64,000 bases of DNA from an uncultured Candidatus Rokubacteria bacterium (GCA_963708025.1 CAVPSB010000034.1:64001-128000), one strand, 5' to 3'; shown: positions 21,574 through 31,564, counted from the stretch's first letter. The notes: generated by a model from the sequence alone, not told the origin. A program made the numbers and translations.

Positions 21574-21602
21574 ACGGTAGGGGCTGGGCCGGGCCTTGTC
21601 AA
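21574..21602 (-). promoter_or_regulatory. Sigma70 promoter of the trp leader
   Basis: TTGACA-17-TACCGT, 9 nt before the leader ATG. Confidence 0.7.
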
Positions 21603-21605
21603 GGG

Positions 21606-23051
21606 CTACGACAGGTCCACCCAGACGCTCTTGACCTCGGTGTAGAGGTCCAGGCCGGCCTGGCCCAGCTCGCGGCCGAAGCCCGACTCCTTGAAGCCGC
21701 CGAAGGGCAAGGCGGCGTCGTAGAGGTTGTAGGCGTTGACCCAGACGGTCCCGGCCCGGATCGCCCGCGCGGCCCGGAGCGCCTTGGCCACGTCCCGCGT
21801 CCAGACCGCGGCGGCCAGACCATAGAAGGTCTCGTTACCCCGGGCGATGCCGTCCTCGACGTCCTTGAAGGGGATCACCGACAGCACGGGGCCGAAGATC
21901 TCCTCGCGGGCGATCCGCATCGAGTTGCTCACGCCGGCGAAGACGGTGGGCTGGATGAAGTAGCCCTTGCCGTTCCCGACCTCCGCCCGCTGGCCGCCGG
22001 CCACCAGCCGCGCGCCCTCCTTCTTGCCGGCCTCGACGTAGCCGAGGACGGCGTCGTACTGCTGTCGGGAGACGACCGGCCCCATCCGGGTCGTCTTGTC
22101 GAGGGGGTCGCCGACCTTCAGGCCCCGGGCTCCCTCGGCGAGCTTCTCGACGAACTCGTCGTGGACCTGCTGCTCGACGAGAAGCCGGGACCCCGCCGCG
22201 CAGACCTCGCCCTTGTTGTAGAAGATCCCGGTCAGCGCCCCCCGCACCGCCGCCTTCAGGTCGGCGTCGGCGAAGACGATGTTGGGCGACTTTCCGCCGA
22301 GCTCGAGCGACACGCGCTTGAGCGACCCCGCCGCCTCCCGCATGATCGACTTCCCGACCTCGGTGGAGCCGGTGAAGGCGATCTTGTCCACGCCCGGGTG
22401 GCGGACCAGCGCCATGCCCACCTGGCCCCCCGGCCCGGGGACCACGTTGAAGACGCCCTCGGGGAGCCCGGCCTCGGCGGTCAGCTCGGCGAACCTCAGC
22501 GCGGTGAGGGGGGTGAGCGAGGCGGGCTTGAGGACCATCGTATTGCCGGCGGCGAGGGCCGGCGCGATCTTCCAGGAGGACAGCAGGAACGGGAAGTTCC
22601 ACGGCACGATGGCGCCGACGACGCCGACCGGCTGCCGCAGGGTGAAGGTGAAGGCGCCGTCGCGCAGGTTCAGCGTCTCGCCGTGGATCTTCGTGGTCCA
22701 CCCGGCGTAGTAGCGGAAGACCTCGGCCGCGAACGGCAGCTCGACCTTCCCCGAGTCGAAGAGCGTCTTGCCGGTGTTGATGCTCTCCAGCCGCGCCATC
22801 TCGTCGAGATTCGCCGTGATGAGGTCGGCCAGCTTCCACAGCACGCGGGCCCGCTCGGCCGCCGCCATCTTCGGCCACGGTCCCTGGTCGAAGGCCCGTC
22901 GCGCCGCCTGGACGGCGAGGTCGATGTCGCGCTCGTCGCCCCGGGCGACGCGCGCGCTCTCCTCCTCGGTCGCGGGGTTGATGGTCGCGTAGGTCTGGCC
23001 CGACGACGGCGGGCGCCACTGGCCTCCGATGAAGACCTGCTCGGTGTTCAT
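21606..23051 (-). CDS. Aldehyde dehydrogenase
   Basis: IVPWNFP, FTGSTEVG, LELGGKSP, GEVCAAG, EEIFGP. Confidence 0.97.
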   Translation of the reverse strand: MNTEQVFIGGQWRPPSSGQTYATINPATEEESARVARGDERDIDLAVQAARRAFDQGPWPKMAAAERARVLWKLADLITANLDEMARLESINTGKTLFDSGKVELPFAAEVFRYYAGWTTKIHGETLNLRDGAFTFTLRQPVGVVGAIVPWNFPFLLSSWKIAPALAAGNTMVLKPASLTPLTALRFAELTAEAGLPEGVFNVVPGPGGQVGMALVRHPGVDKIAFTGSTEVGKSIMREAAGSLKRVSLELGGKSPNIVFADADLKAAVRGALTGIFYNKGEVCAAGSRLLVEQQVHDEFVEKLAEGARGLKVGDPLDKTTRMGPVVSRQQYDAVLGYVEAGKKEGARLVAGGQRAEVGNGKGYFIQPTVFAGVSNSMRIAREEIFGPVLSVIPFKDVEDGIARGNETFYGLAAAVWTRDVAKALRAARAIRAGTVWVNAYNLYDAALPFGGFKESGFGRELGQAGLDLYTEVKSVWVDLS

Positions 23052-23317
23052 GACGTCTCCTCTTCTCGCTTCTTCGCCACCAGGAGCAATCGCTGGTCAA
23101 CCCCGGAGACCGTGTAGCCTCGTGCCGTCAGCTCCAGGGCGTGCCGGCCGCCACCGCACGTGACGTCGAGGACTCGGGCCGCCGGCGGCAACGCCGGGGT
23201 CGTCTCGATGAAGTCGGCCTCCGCCCGGGTCAGGTCGTCGGTCGTGAAGCCCCGCCCGACGCCGAGCGCGACCCCCGTGAAAAAGCTCCGCCACCAGTCG
23301 GCGGGGATCCGTCCCAC
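23048..23317 (-). pseudogene. Class I SAM methyltransferase N-terminal fragment
   Basis: RVLDVTCGGGRHALELTARGYTVSGVD then ends. Confidence 0.6.
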
Positions 23318-23688
23318 TTCAGCCTCGCCGGGTGGCGTTCACGGGTACCCGGCTGGAGCCCGTGCTCGGCAGCTCGCATCGCCGCCTCGGCCAGGCCGAC
23401 GACACGGTTCTCGGAGGTCGCGAAGCGGGCGGCATCGGAGTGGTAGCCGGCCCAGTATAGCGCATCCGCCGTGGCGGGATGCGCTTGGTGGCCCACCGCT
23501 TCCTGCAGTAAGATCGGACGGCGCGGCATCTATGGAGGGTCACTGGATTCCCGAATGGTCAACGTATCGTCCGGCGGCCCGGCGCTCGCCGCGGTCGTGG
23601 TGAGGGCCGTGCGCATCGACGCGAGCGGCCGACGCCCGGCCTGCCGGCGCCAGACGCTGGCGCTCGACGGTTTCCCCGGCGGCGACCG

Positions 23689-25401
23689 ATGAACCTCCTC
23701 ACCGCCGTCAGCCTGAGCCTCATCGCCGCCGCCGTGCTGGCTCTGGTCGCCCGCCGGCTCGGCCAGCCGCTGATCCTCGGCTACGTCGTGGCCGGTGCGC
23801 TGCTCGGCGGGCACGTGGGGCTGGGGGCGGTCACCGACGAGGAGGCGATCGAGCTGATCGCCGAGATCGGCCTCATCCTGCTCCTCTTCATCATCGGCCT
23901 GGAGATCAGCATCCCGCGGCTGATGCAGGCGGGCCGGAGCATCGTGGTCAGCGGGCTGCTCCAGTTCCCGGTGTGCGCGGCGCTGGCCTGGATCGCCTTC
24001 GGCGGGGTCGCGGCCGGCACCGGGGGGGCCTTCGACCGGCTCTACCTGGCGGTGGCGGTGAGCCTGTCGTCCACCCTCATCGTGGTCAAGCTGCTCTCCG
24101 ACAAGTTCGAGATGGGCACCTTCGGCGGCCGGGTGACCCTCGGCATCCTGGTCTTCCAGGATCTCTGGGCCATCGCCTTCCTCGCCCTCCAGCCCAACCT
24201 CCAGGATCTCCGGCCGGCGCTGCTGCTCCGGTCGGCGGCGGCCGGCATCGGGCTGGTGCTCGTCGCGGTCGTGCTGGCCCGGTACGTCCTGCCGCGACTG
24301 TTCCGGGCCATCGCCATGTCGCCGGAGCTGCTGCTCATCACCGCGATGGCCTGGTGCTTCCTCATGTCGGGGGCGGCCGGCTGGAGCGGGCTGTCCCGCG
24401 AGATGGGCGCGCTGGTGGCCGGGATGGCGATCGCGGCCTTCCCGTACGGGACCGAGGTGGTGGCCCGCCTGTCCGGTGTCCGGGACTTCTTCGTGACGCT
24501 GTTCTTCGTGGCGCTGGGTCTGAAGATCCCCGAGCCCTCCGGGCGGCTCCTGCTCCTCGCCGCCGCGATGGCGGCCTTCGTGGTGGTCAGTCGCTTCCTC
24601 GCCATCTTCCCGATCTTCGCGTTCCTCCGGCTGGACAGCCGGACGGCCGGCGTCGTCGCCATCAACATCGCGCAGATCAGCGAGTTCTCGCTCGTCATCG
24701 TCACGCTGGGGATCGGCTACGGGCACGTGAGCGCCGATGTCTCCTCCCTGGTGCTCTACTCGCTGCTCCTGACCGCGGTGCTGTCGACCTACGGCATCCT
24801 CTTCAATCACGCCCTGGCCACCGCCATCGCGCGCGGCCTGGCCGCGGTGGGCCTGTTCGCGGACCGGGCGGCCAGCGGGGCCGAGCCGGGCGGGGAGCAC
24901 GAACCCGAGGAGCGCGATCTCTTCCTCCTCGGCGTCTCCCGCGAAGGGCTGGCCTTTCTCGAGCACCTGGAGCGGCAGCATCCGGCCATGAAAGAGCGGA
25001 TCGTCGCCATCGACTTCAATCCCGAGACGCTCGAGCGGCTCCGGGCCGACGGCGTCGAGGGGCACTACGGCGACATCTCCAACGCCGAGACGCTTCGCCA
25101 TGCCGGCATCGCGAACGCCGCCGTCGTGGTGTCCGGCATCTCCGACTGGTTTCTCAAGGGGACCGACAACGTGCGCCTGCTCCGCCAGGCGCGGAGCCTG
25201 GCCCCGCGGGCGCTCGTGGTGGTGACCGCCGACACGCTGGACCGGGCCCGCCGTCTGTACGCCGAGGGCGCGGACTACGTGCTGATCCCGCCGGCACTGG
25301 CCGCCGGGCACCTCTACGAGCTGCTCCGTGACGCCTCGCCGGAAGCGCTCGCGGAGGCCCGTGTGCGGCAGGCGACAGAGCTGTTCCGCTCGCAAGGATA
25401 G
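23689..25401 (+). CDS. CPA2 (Kef-type) cation:proton antiporter with TrkA-N domain
   Basis: LSSTLIVVK, GILVFQD, AQISEFS; C-terminal HYGDISNAETLRHAG. Confidence 0.93.
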   Translation: MNLLTAVSLSLIAAAVLALVARRLGQPLILGYVVAGALLGGHVGLGAVTDEEAIELIAEIGLILLLFIIGLEISIPRLMQAGRSIVVSGLLQFPVCAALAWIAFGGVAAGTGGAFDRLYLAVAVSLSSTLIVVKLLSDKFEMGTFGGRVTLGILVFQDLWAIAFLALQPNLQDLRPALLLRSAAAGIGLVLVAVVLARYVLPRLFRAIAMSPELLLITAMAWCFLMSGAAGWSGLSREMGALVAGMAIAAFPYGTEVVARLSGVRDFFVTLFFVALGLKIPEPSGRLLLLAAAMAAFVVVSRFLAIFPIFAFLRLDSRTAGVVAINIAQISEFSLVIVTLGIGYGHVSADVSSLVLYSLLLTAVLSTYGILFNHALATAIARGLAAVGLFADRAASGAEPGGEHEPEERDLFLLGVSREGLAFLEHLERQHPAMKERIVAIDFNPETLERLRADGVEGHYGDISNAETLRHAGIANAAVVVSGISDWFLKGTDNVRLLRQARSLAPRALVVVTADTLDRARRLYAEGADYVLIPPALAAGHLYELLRDASPEALAEARVRQATELFRSQG

Positions 25402-25412
25402 GAGGCGACGTC

Positions 25413-25721
25413 ATGGTCAAGCTCTCGGTGATCTACCAGGGGCAGCCGCAGGACGCGGCGGCCTTCGACGACTACTACTGGTCGACGCACCTGCCGGGGG
25501 TGGCCCGCTGGCCGCGCATCCGGCGGATCACGCTGGCGACGGGGGAGCCGGGCGAGGAGATCTACCAGATCTGTGACCTGTACTTCGACTCGGTGGAAGA
25601 CTTGCAGGCGGCGCTCACCTCGCCGGAGCGAAAGGTCTCCCTCGACGACACCAAGCGCTTCCCGGCCTTCGAGGGGCACATCAAGCGCCAGGTCTTCGAG
25701 CTCAAAGACTTCAAGGTCTGA
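25413..25721 (+). CDS. EthD-family protein
   Basis: PQDAAAFDDYYWSTHLP...LYFDSVEDLQAALTSPE. Confidence 0.88.
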   Translation: MVKLSVIYQGQPQDAAAFDDYYWSTHLPGVARWPRIRRITLATGEPGEEIYQICDLYFDSVEDLQAALTSPERKVSLDDTKRFPAFEGHIKRQVFELKDFKV

Positions 25722-25911
25722 TTTCGGCCGGAGCGAGAACCGGTCGGCCGAAGGCCGGCGACCCACGGCGCCGCCCACCGAGGCGTGCACCCGGTAGGGC
25801 GACAGGATCCGCGCGTGAATCGGGCTAGGGTACCGTCGGAGTGTGCCGTATCGCGTTCAGTGCGAGGCGCGCCACGAAGAGCGTCCGAGCGGCGGCTTCG
25901 CCGCCACCACG

Positions 25912-25955
25912 ACGGGGGGGCATCGCGGGGATCTTCCGGGACCCCCGAATGATCT
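25912..25955 (-). repeat. Dispersed element, degenerate copy E
   Basis: GGGGGGGCATCGCGGGGATCTTCCGGGACCCCCGAATGA core. Confidence 0.55.
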
Positions 25956-25988
25956 AGTGCGCATTGGCTGGAACAAGTTGGAACGGCA

Positions 25989-26543
25989 CTAGGGTGGCTC
26001 GATCAGGATGATCCGGACGTCGAACACCAGCGTCCGGCCAGCCAGCGGGTGATTGAGGTCGAGGACGACGCTCGCCTCCTTGATTTCCCGAACCCGCACC
26101 GGCACCTCGCGACCGTTCCGCGTCTGACCGACGAGCCGCGCGCCAACCACCCGCGACTCCGGCGGCACCCGGTCCGTCGGCACCTCGGTGATGGCGCCCG
26201 GGTCCACCGCCCCGTAGCCCTCCTCCGGCGGGACCGTGATCCGACGCTGCTCGCCGACCTTCATCCCGGCCAGGGCCCGCTCCAGCCCCGGGATGACCTG
26301 GCCGCTGCCGAACGTGAAGACGAGGGGCGGGCGCCCGCGGTTGTCATCCAGCACGGTCCCGCTCGCGTCGCGCAGCGTGAACTCGAGATGGACCACCGCG
26401 CCTGGCTGCACGTCCTGAGCGTCGGCGACGGGTCCGATCTCGGATGGCGCTCGTGGGTCCGGCTCGTCGGCCGCGCGGCTCACCCAGGCGGCGAGCGTCA
26501 CCGCCAGGCCGAGACCGCACGCGAGAAGCCGCATCGTCCTCAC
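25989..26543 (-). CDS. SlyD-like FKBP peptidyl-prolyl isomerase with signal peptide
   Basis: IPGLERALAGMKVGE, PEEGYG, LDLNHPLAG; hydrophobic N-terminus ending in A-A. Confidence 0.9.
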   Translation of the reverse strand: MRTMRLLACGLGLAVTLAAWVSRAADEPDPRAPSEIGPVADAQDVQPGAVVHLEFTLRDASGTVLDDNRGRPPLVFTFGSGQVIPGLERALAGMKVGEQRRITVPPEEGYGAVDPGAITEVPTDRVPPESRVVGARLVGQTRNGREVPVRVREIKEASVVLDLNHPLAGRTLVFDVRIILIEPP

Positions 26544-26763
26544 GGGGCCATGCTACACCGCGACCCCTCGCTCGCCGAAAGACGGCGAGCCCGCGTCGAG
26601 CGGGCCGGACGACGACTGTCGGGGATTGGAACAGGCCTGGCGGCGAATCTCATCTGAATCGAGCCGGCGAGGTGGGCGGGACCAGTCCCGGCCGCGCCCG
26701 CGCACCGGCCGGTCACGGCGCCAGCCTCGCCCCTGGATTCGGGGGCTCGAAGGCTCTCGTGCT

Positions 26764-28497
26764 TCAGGGTCGGGGCTGACCGACGGGCCGTCGGCCGGCA
26801 TGGGCCCAGTCGAGCAGGCCGGCCAGCGGTCGCGTGTTCACCACCTGCTCCGGGCCGATCCAGGCCCGCCGGGCGGTCGCGATCCCGAGCTCGATGTGGT
26901 CCAGCTCCGACAGGTAGTGGGTGTCGGTGTCGATCGCGAGCGCGAGGCCGAGATCGCGGGCGCGGCGGGCGTGGGTGTCCTTGAGGTCCAGGCGCCACGG
27001 CGACGCGTTGATCTCGACCGCCTTCCCGTAGCGCCGGGCGGCGGCGAAGACCTGCTCGAGGTCCACGTCGTAGGGATCCCGGGAGCCGAGGAGCCGCCCG
27101 GTCGGATGGACGAGGATGCGGACGTGCGGGTTCTCGAGCGCGCGGCAGATCCGGGCGGTCATCTCGGGGCCGGGCTGCTTGAACCGGGAGTGAACGGCGG
27201 CCAGCACCACGTCCAGCTCGGCCAGCAGGTCGTCCGGGAAGTCGAGCGAGCCGTCGGCCAGGATGTCGCACTCGGAGCCGCTCAGGATGCGGATGCGGTG
27301 GCGCGGCTGGAGGGCACGGATCCGTCCGATCTGGTCGCGGAGCTGCTCGGGAGTGAGCCCGCGAGCGATGGTGGCCGAGCGGGAGTGGTCGGACACGATG
27401 ATGTACTCGTAGCCCCGCGCCTCGGCCGCCTCCACCAGCGCCTCGAGCGGGTGGTGGCCGTCCGACCACTCGGTGTGGGCGTGGAGGTCGCCGCGGATGT
27501 GGGCCACCTCGACCAGCGGGGGCAAGGCGCCGGCCAGCGCGGCCTCGATCTCGCCGGTGTCCTCGCGCAGCTCGGGCGGGATCCACGGCAGCCCCACCGC
27601 CGCGTAGACCTCCTCCTCGGTGCGCCCGGCGACGCGGCGGCCGGCGTCGTCGTAGACGCCGTACTCGCTGATCTTGAGCTTCCTCCGGACGGCCAGCTCC
27701 CGGAGCTTCACGTTGTGGTTCTTGGAGCCGGTGAAGTACTGGAGGGCGGCACCGAACGCCTCCGGCTCGACGACCCGCAGGTCGACCTGCAGGTTCTCAC
27801 GATGGCGGATCGAGGACTTGGTCTCGCCGCGGGCCAGCACCGAGGCCACCTGGGGCAGCCCCACGAACCGGTCGAGGACGGCGGCGGGCCGGTCGGAGGT
27901 GACCAGGATGTCGATGTCTCCCACGGTCTCGACCCGCCGGCGGAGCGAGCCGGCGATCTCGATCGCCCGGACCGGCGCCGACTCGCGTAGCGCGCGCACC
28001 AGGGCCTCGGCCAGGGGCAGCGCCCTGGCCAGCGGCATCCGCGCCTGCCCCAGCCGCCACGTCTCGATCCCGCGCAGGATGTTCTCGCAGGTCTTCTGGC
28101 GGATGCCGGGGACCTCCAGGATCGTTCCGGAGCGGCAGGCTTCCTCGAGCCCCTCGACCGAGTCGATGCCGAGGCGCTCGTGGAGGAGCTTCGCCGTCTT
28201 CGGCCCGACGCCCGGCAGGCTCATGAGCTGGCGGACACCGCGGGGCAGGCCCCGGCGCAGCTCCTCCAGGTAGCCCATGCTCCCGGTGTCGGCCCACTCG
28301 CGGATTTTGGCCGCCAGGTCGGCGCCGATGCCGGGGATCTTCTTCTTCGCCCGGAGCGCCTCGACGACGTCCTCGGCCAGGTTCTCGAGCTGGTCGGCGG
28401 CCCGGCGATAGGCGCGCACGCGGAAGACGTTGTCCTCGCGGATCTCCAGGAGGTCCGCGATCTCGTGGAAACACTCGGCCAGCTCGCGGTTGCGCAT
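26764..28497 (-). CDS. polX: DNA polymerase X with PHP 3'-5' exonuclease domain
   Basis: GSLRR..GDIDILV, YFTGSKNHN, GDLHAHTEWSDG, HPTGRLL. Confidence 0.96.
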   Translation of the reverse strand: MRNRELAECFHEIADLLEIREDNVFRVRAYRRAADQLENLAEDVVEALRAKKKIPGIGADLAAKIREWADTGSMGYLEELRRGLPRGVRQLMSLPGVGPKTAKLLHERLGIDSVEGLEEACRSGTILEVPGIRQKTCENILRGIETWRLGQARMPLARALPLAEALVRALRESAPVRAIEIAGSLRRRVETVGDIDILVTSDRPAAVLDRFVGLPQVASVLARGETKSSIRHRENLQVDLRVVEPEAFGAALQYFTGSKNHNVKLRELAVRRKLKISEYGVYDDAGRRVAGRTEEEVYAAVGLPWIPPELREDTGEIEAALAGALPPLVEVAHIRGDLHAHTEWSDGHHPLEALVEAAEARGYEYIIVSDHSRSATIARGLTPEQLRDQIGRIRALQPRHRIRILSGSECDILADGSLDFPDDLLAELDVVLAAVHSRFKQPGPEMTARICRALENPHVRILVHPTGRLLGSRDPYDVDLEQVFAAARRYGKAVEINASPWRLDLKDTHARRARDLGLALAIDTDTHYLSELDHIELGIATARRAWIGPEQVVNTRPLAGLLDWAHAGRRPVGQPRP

Positions 28498-28544
28498 CGC
28501 CCGTCGGTCCTCGCCCATGATACGCTGCGTCCCGGAGCTTCGCC

Positions 28545-28934
28545 GTGCCTCGTGACACCGATCCGCTGATCCCCGCCTGGGCCTGGGTCCTGCTCGAGCC
28601 GTACGTGGACAAGCGTCTCGAGGAACGGGGGAACCAGGCTCCCACCCCGCCGGAGATCCTGGACGAGGTGGCCCGCCTGTGGCCCGATCTGTCCTGCACG
28701 CTGATGGTGCAGGAGCCGTGGCAGGGGACGATCCGCTTCAAGCGGCTGTTGCGGCTTCAGGCCGACGCGATGCGCCCCTTCCTGGAGGGGCCCGAGGCCT
28801 TCCTGCGCGAGCGGTTCGGCGGCGGCAAGTTCAAGGTGAACTTCCATCACGGGATGAACTTCGTCAGCACCAAGAACTTCAAGCCCACCGGGGAGCCGCT
28901 GTGGATGCAGGTTCCCGAGCTGCCCGAGGACTAG
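28545..28934 (+). CDS. Hypothetical protein
   Basis: Protein-like composition, GC3-biased codons. Confidence 0.7.
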   Translation: MPRDTDPLIPAWAWVLLEPYVDKRLEERGNQAPTPPEILDEVARLWPDLSCTLMVQEPWQGTIRFKRLLRLQADAMRPFLEGPEAFLRERFGGGKFKVNFHHGMNFVSTKNFKPTGEPLWMQVPELPED

Positions 28935-29028
28935 CGTCTGTCGCCGCTCTCGCGGCAGGGGACTGCGATACAGTAGGAAGTTGGAGAGGGACGCCGCACT
29001 CCAGTCGACGAGCCGAGAGGGGAGCGCA

Positions 29029-29298
29029 ATGCCGGAGGATTCGACCCGCAAGCTCTTGAGGGTGTTCGGGGTGTCGATGACCCAGTGCGAGGATGCGCTG
29101 GCCGTGTTGACTCAGGCCCTTGCCACGCCGCCGACCGGGACGGAGGATCCGACGGCCGCACTGGAGGCGTACGGCAAGACGGCGCGCGAGCTGGCCGAGC
29201 GATGGGCCGAGGTGAGCCGGCTGGTCCTCGACTACCAGGTGCGCGCCCAGCAGGCCGTCGAGACATTCGTCCGCAGCCGCGGCGCGTCCCATCCATGA
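29029..29298 (+). CDS. Hypothetical helical protein
   Basis: GGGAG SD; stop overlaps next start. Confidence 0.65.
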   Translation: MPEDSTRKLLRVFGVSMTQCEDALAVLTQALATPPTGTEDPTAALEAYGKTARELAERWAEVSRLVLDYQVRAQQAVETFVRSRGASHP

Positions 29299-29771
29299 CC
29301 GCGCGAGGCTCCCGCGGGGCGCTGGCCCTCGGACTCTTCCTCGCCGCGGGGTGCGCCGCCGCGCCCCCTCCGCCTCCGGCTCAGCCGACCGTGACCACGC
29401 CACCGCCCGCGGCCCCTCCGCCGGCGCCGGCCGCGCCGGTCGCCACGCCGCCGCCCCCAGCCGCGCTCCCCCCGACCGCCCCACCGCCAGCGCCGCCGCC
29501 GAGCGTGGTCGCACCGCCCCCGCCGCCCCCCCTTCCGGCGCCGGATGCGGAACAGCTGGCCAACGAGCAGCTGGCCGCGCGGGTCGAGCAAGCGCTGGCG
29601 GCCGATCCCGCCCTGCGGAGCGCCGTCATCGAGGCGGAGGCCCATGCCGGCCAGGTGACGCTGAAAGGCGTCGTGCCCACGTTCCGGGAGCGCGCCCGGG
29701 CGATCGAGCTGGCGCTCCAGGTTCCCGGGGTCAAGAGCGTGCGGCCTCGACTCGTCCTCCAGGCGCCGTGA
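29295..29771 (+). CDS. BON-domain lipoprotein with Pro-rich linker
   Basis: Lipobox LAAGC; VEQALAADPAL...GQVTLKG...VPGVKSV. Confidence 0.88.
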   Translation: MTARGSRGALALGLFLAAGCAAAPPPPPAQPTVTTPPPAAPPPAPAAPVATPPPPAALPPTAPPPAPPPSVVAPPPPPPLPAPDAEQLANEQLAARVEQALAADPALRSAVIEAEAHAGQVTLKGVVPTFRERARAIELALQVPGVKSVRPRLVLQAP

Positions 29772-30589
29772 CCCGCGATCCTCTCGCGCGCCGGGATGCC
29801 AGCGGCGTCGAGGTCGCGCTCCCGCCGCGTCCCGCCCGGATCGTCTCCCTCGTCCCCAGCATCACCGAGTTGCTCTTCGACCTCGGGCTCGACGCGCGCA
29901 TCGTCGGCATCACGCGCTTCTGAATCGAGCCACGGGGCCGGGTGGCCTCGAAGGCGAAGGTCGGGAGGGAGAAGGACCCGGATGTCGCGAAGATCTGCGC
30001 GCTGTCGCCCGACCTCGTGGTTGCCAACATCGAGGAGAACCGACGCGACGTGGTCGAGCAGCTCCGCGGCGCGGGCATCCCGGTCTGGGTGACGTTCCCC
30101 CGCACCGTGCGCGACGGGATCCGGCTCATCCGCGAGCTGGGGGAGGTGGCCGGCGCCCGAGCCGAGGCGGAGGCGCTGGCGACCCCGCTCGAGGAGCGCT
30201 ACCAGGCGACGGTCTCGGCCACTGGCGGCCGGCCGGCCGCCCGCGTCTTCTGCCCGATCTGGCGCGGCCCGTACATGACCATCGGCCGCGACACGTACGT
30301 CCACGACATGCTCGCCGTCTGCGGGGGCGCCAGCGTCTTCGCCGATCGGCCGGAGCGTTACCCGACGGTGACCCTCGAGGAGGTGGCGGCGGCCGCCCCC
30401 GAGGTCATCCTGCTGCCCGACGAGCCGTTTCGGTTCCGGCCTCCGCACCGGGCGGACTTCGAGGCCTTCCCCGGGATGCCCGCGGTCGCGGCCGGCCGGA
30501 TCCGCTTCGTGGACGGGAAGCTGCTGTCCTGGTACGGCCGCCGGATCGGCGAGGCGCTGGAGCGCCTCCCGCCGCTACTCCGCGCCTAG
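29768..30589 (+). CDS. BtuF/TroA-like helical-backbone metal receptor with in-frame UGA (29921-29923)
   Basis: RIVSLVPSITELL...GITRF*IEP...PDLVVANIEEN...LLPDEPF...VDGKLLSWYG, all in one frame. Confidence 0.85.
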
Positions 30590-31107
30590 CGCAGCTCCAG
30601 GATCAGCTCCACCTCGACCGGCATGTTGCCCGCGAGGCCGCGGGCCGGGCGGAGCCAGACGACCGGCGGCGAGGTGGGGCCGAAGGCCCGACCGACCAGC
30701 GCGAGCGCGTCGCGGCAGAGATCGAGGCCGGGAGCGCCGTCCGCGGCATCGACGAAGCAGGTGAGCGCGACGCAGCGACGGGCGCCGGCCAGCGAGCCCA
30801 GGGCCGCCTGGGCGACGGCGAGGGCGTTGAGGGTGGCCAGGCGGAGGGCGGCGCGAGCCTGGCGTCGCGACACCTCGCGGCCGACCCGGCCGCGGTAGAC
30901 CAGGCGGCCGCCGGCTTCCGGGTCCTGGCCGGAGACGAACAGCAGGCCGCCCGCCGCCACGGCGGGGACGTACTGCGCCGTGGGGACGGGCGGCCGGGGC
31001 AGCCGGAGACGCGCGCGGCTAGCGGCGCCGGCGCGCGGCCGGTCGCTTCGGGCGGCTCGCCGCCTTGCGCGCGGGCGCTGTCTTGCGGGCAGCGGCCGCC
31101 GCGCCAT
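30586..31107 (-). CDS. RidA-family protein (divergent; start uncertain)
   Basis: YVPAVAAGGLLFVSGQ...GNMPVEVELILE. Confidence 0.75.
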   Translation of the reverse strand: MARRPLPARQRPRARRRAARSDRPRAGAASRARLRLPRPPVPTAQYVPAVAAGGLLFVSGQDPEAGGRLVYRGRVGREVSRRQARAALRLATLNALAVAQAALGSLAGARRCVALTCFVDAADGAPGLDLCRDALALVGRAFGPTSPPVVWLRPARGLAGNMPVEVELILELR

Positions 31108-31564
31108 CGCTGACCTCCAGGATCATCTCGATCTCCACCGAGATGCCCATCGGCAGCTCGGCCATCCCGACCGCCGAGCGGGCGTGGCGGCCCGCCTCGC
31201 CGAACACATCCACCATCAGGTCGGAGAAGCCGTTGACGACCTTGGGCTGATCGCCGAACCCGCTGGCCGAGTTCACCATGCCGAGCACCTTCACCACCCG
31301 CTTCACGCGGTCGAGGCTCCCCAGGGCTTCCCGGGCGGAGGAGAGCAGGTTCAGCCCGACCAGCCGCGCCGATTGCGCTCCCTCCTCGACCGAGAGCTGG
31401 CTGCCGACCTTGCCGATGAAGCTCAGCTTGCCGTCCTTGTGGGGGCCGTGGCCGGAGAGGAAGAGCAGGTTGCCGACCCGCACCGCGCGAACGTAGTTCG
31501 CCATCGCCGGCGGTGCCGCGGGAAGCTCGATTCCGAGTTGCTTCAGCTTGGCCTCTGCGCCCAT
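31019..31564 (-). CDS. RidA-family protein with basic tail
   Basis: ANYVRAVRVGNLLFLSGHGP, GRHARSAVGMAELP; promoter TTGACA-17-TAGGAT at 31654-31626. Confidence 0.92.
   Translation of the reverse strand: MGAEAKLKQLGIELPAAPPAMANYVRAVRVGNLLFLSGHGPHKDGKLSFIGKVGSQLSVEEGAQSARLVGLNLLSSAREALGSLDRVKRVVKVLGMVNSASGFGDQPKVVNGFSDLMVDVFGEAGRHARSAVGMAELPMGISVEIEMILEVSDGAAAAARKTAPARKAASRPKRPAARRRR

Noticed and set aside
23230-23690. Possible small ORFs between the methyltransferase fragment and the antiporter
   Set aside because: No recognisable motif or convincing start; cannot choose a frame
26764-28497. PolX as a non-canonical or defence-related polymerase
   Set aside because: Catalytic DID/D and PHP motifs are canonical; ordinary repair enzyme
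29360-29545. Pro-rich low-complexity tract as a DNA repeat
   Set aside because: Coding linker of the BON lipoprotein
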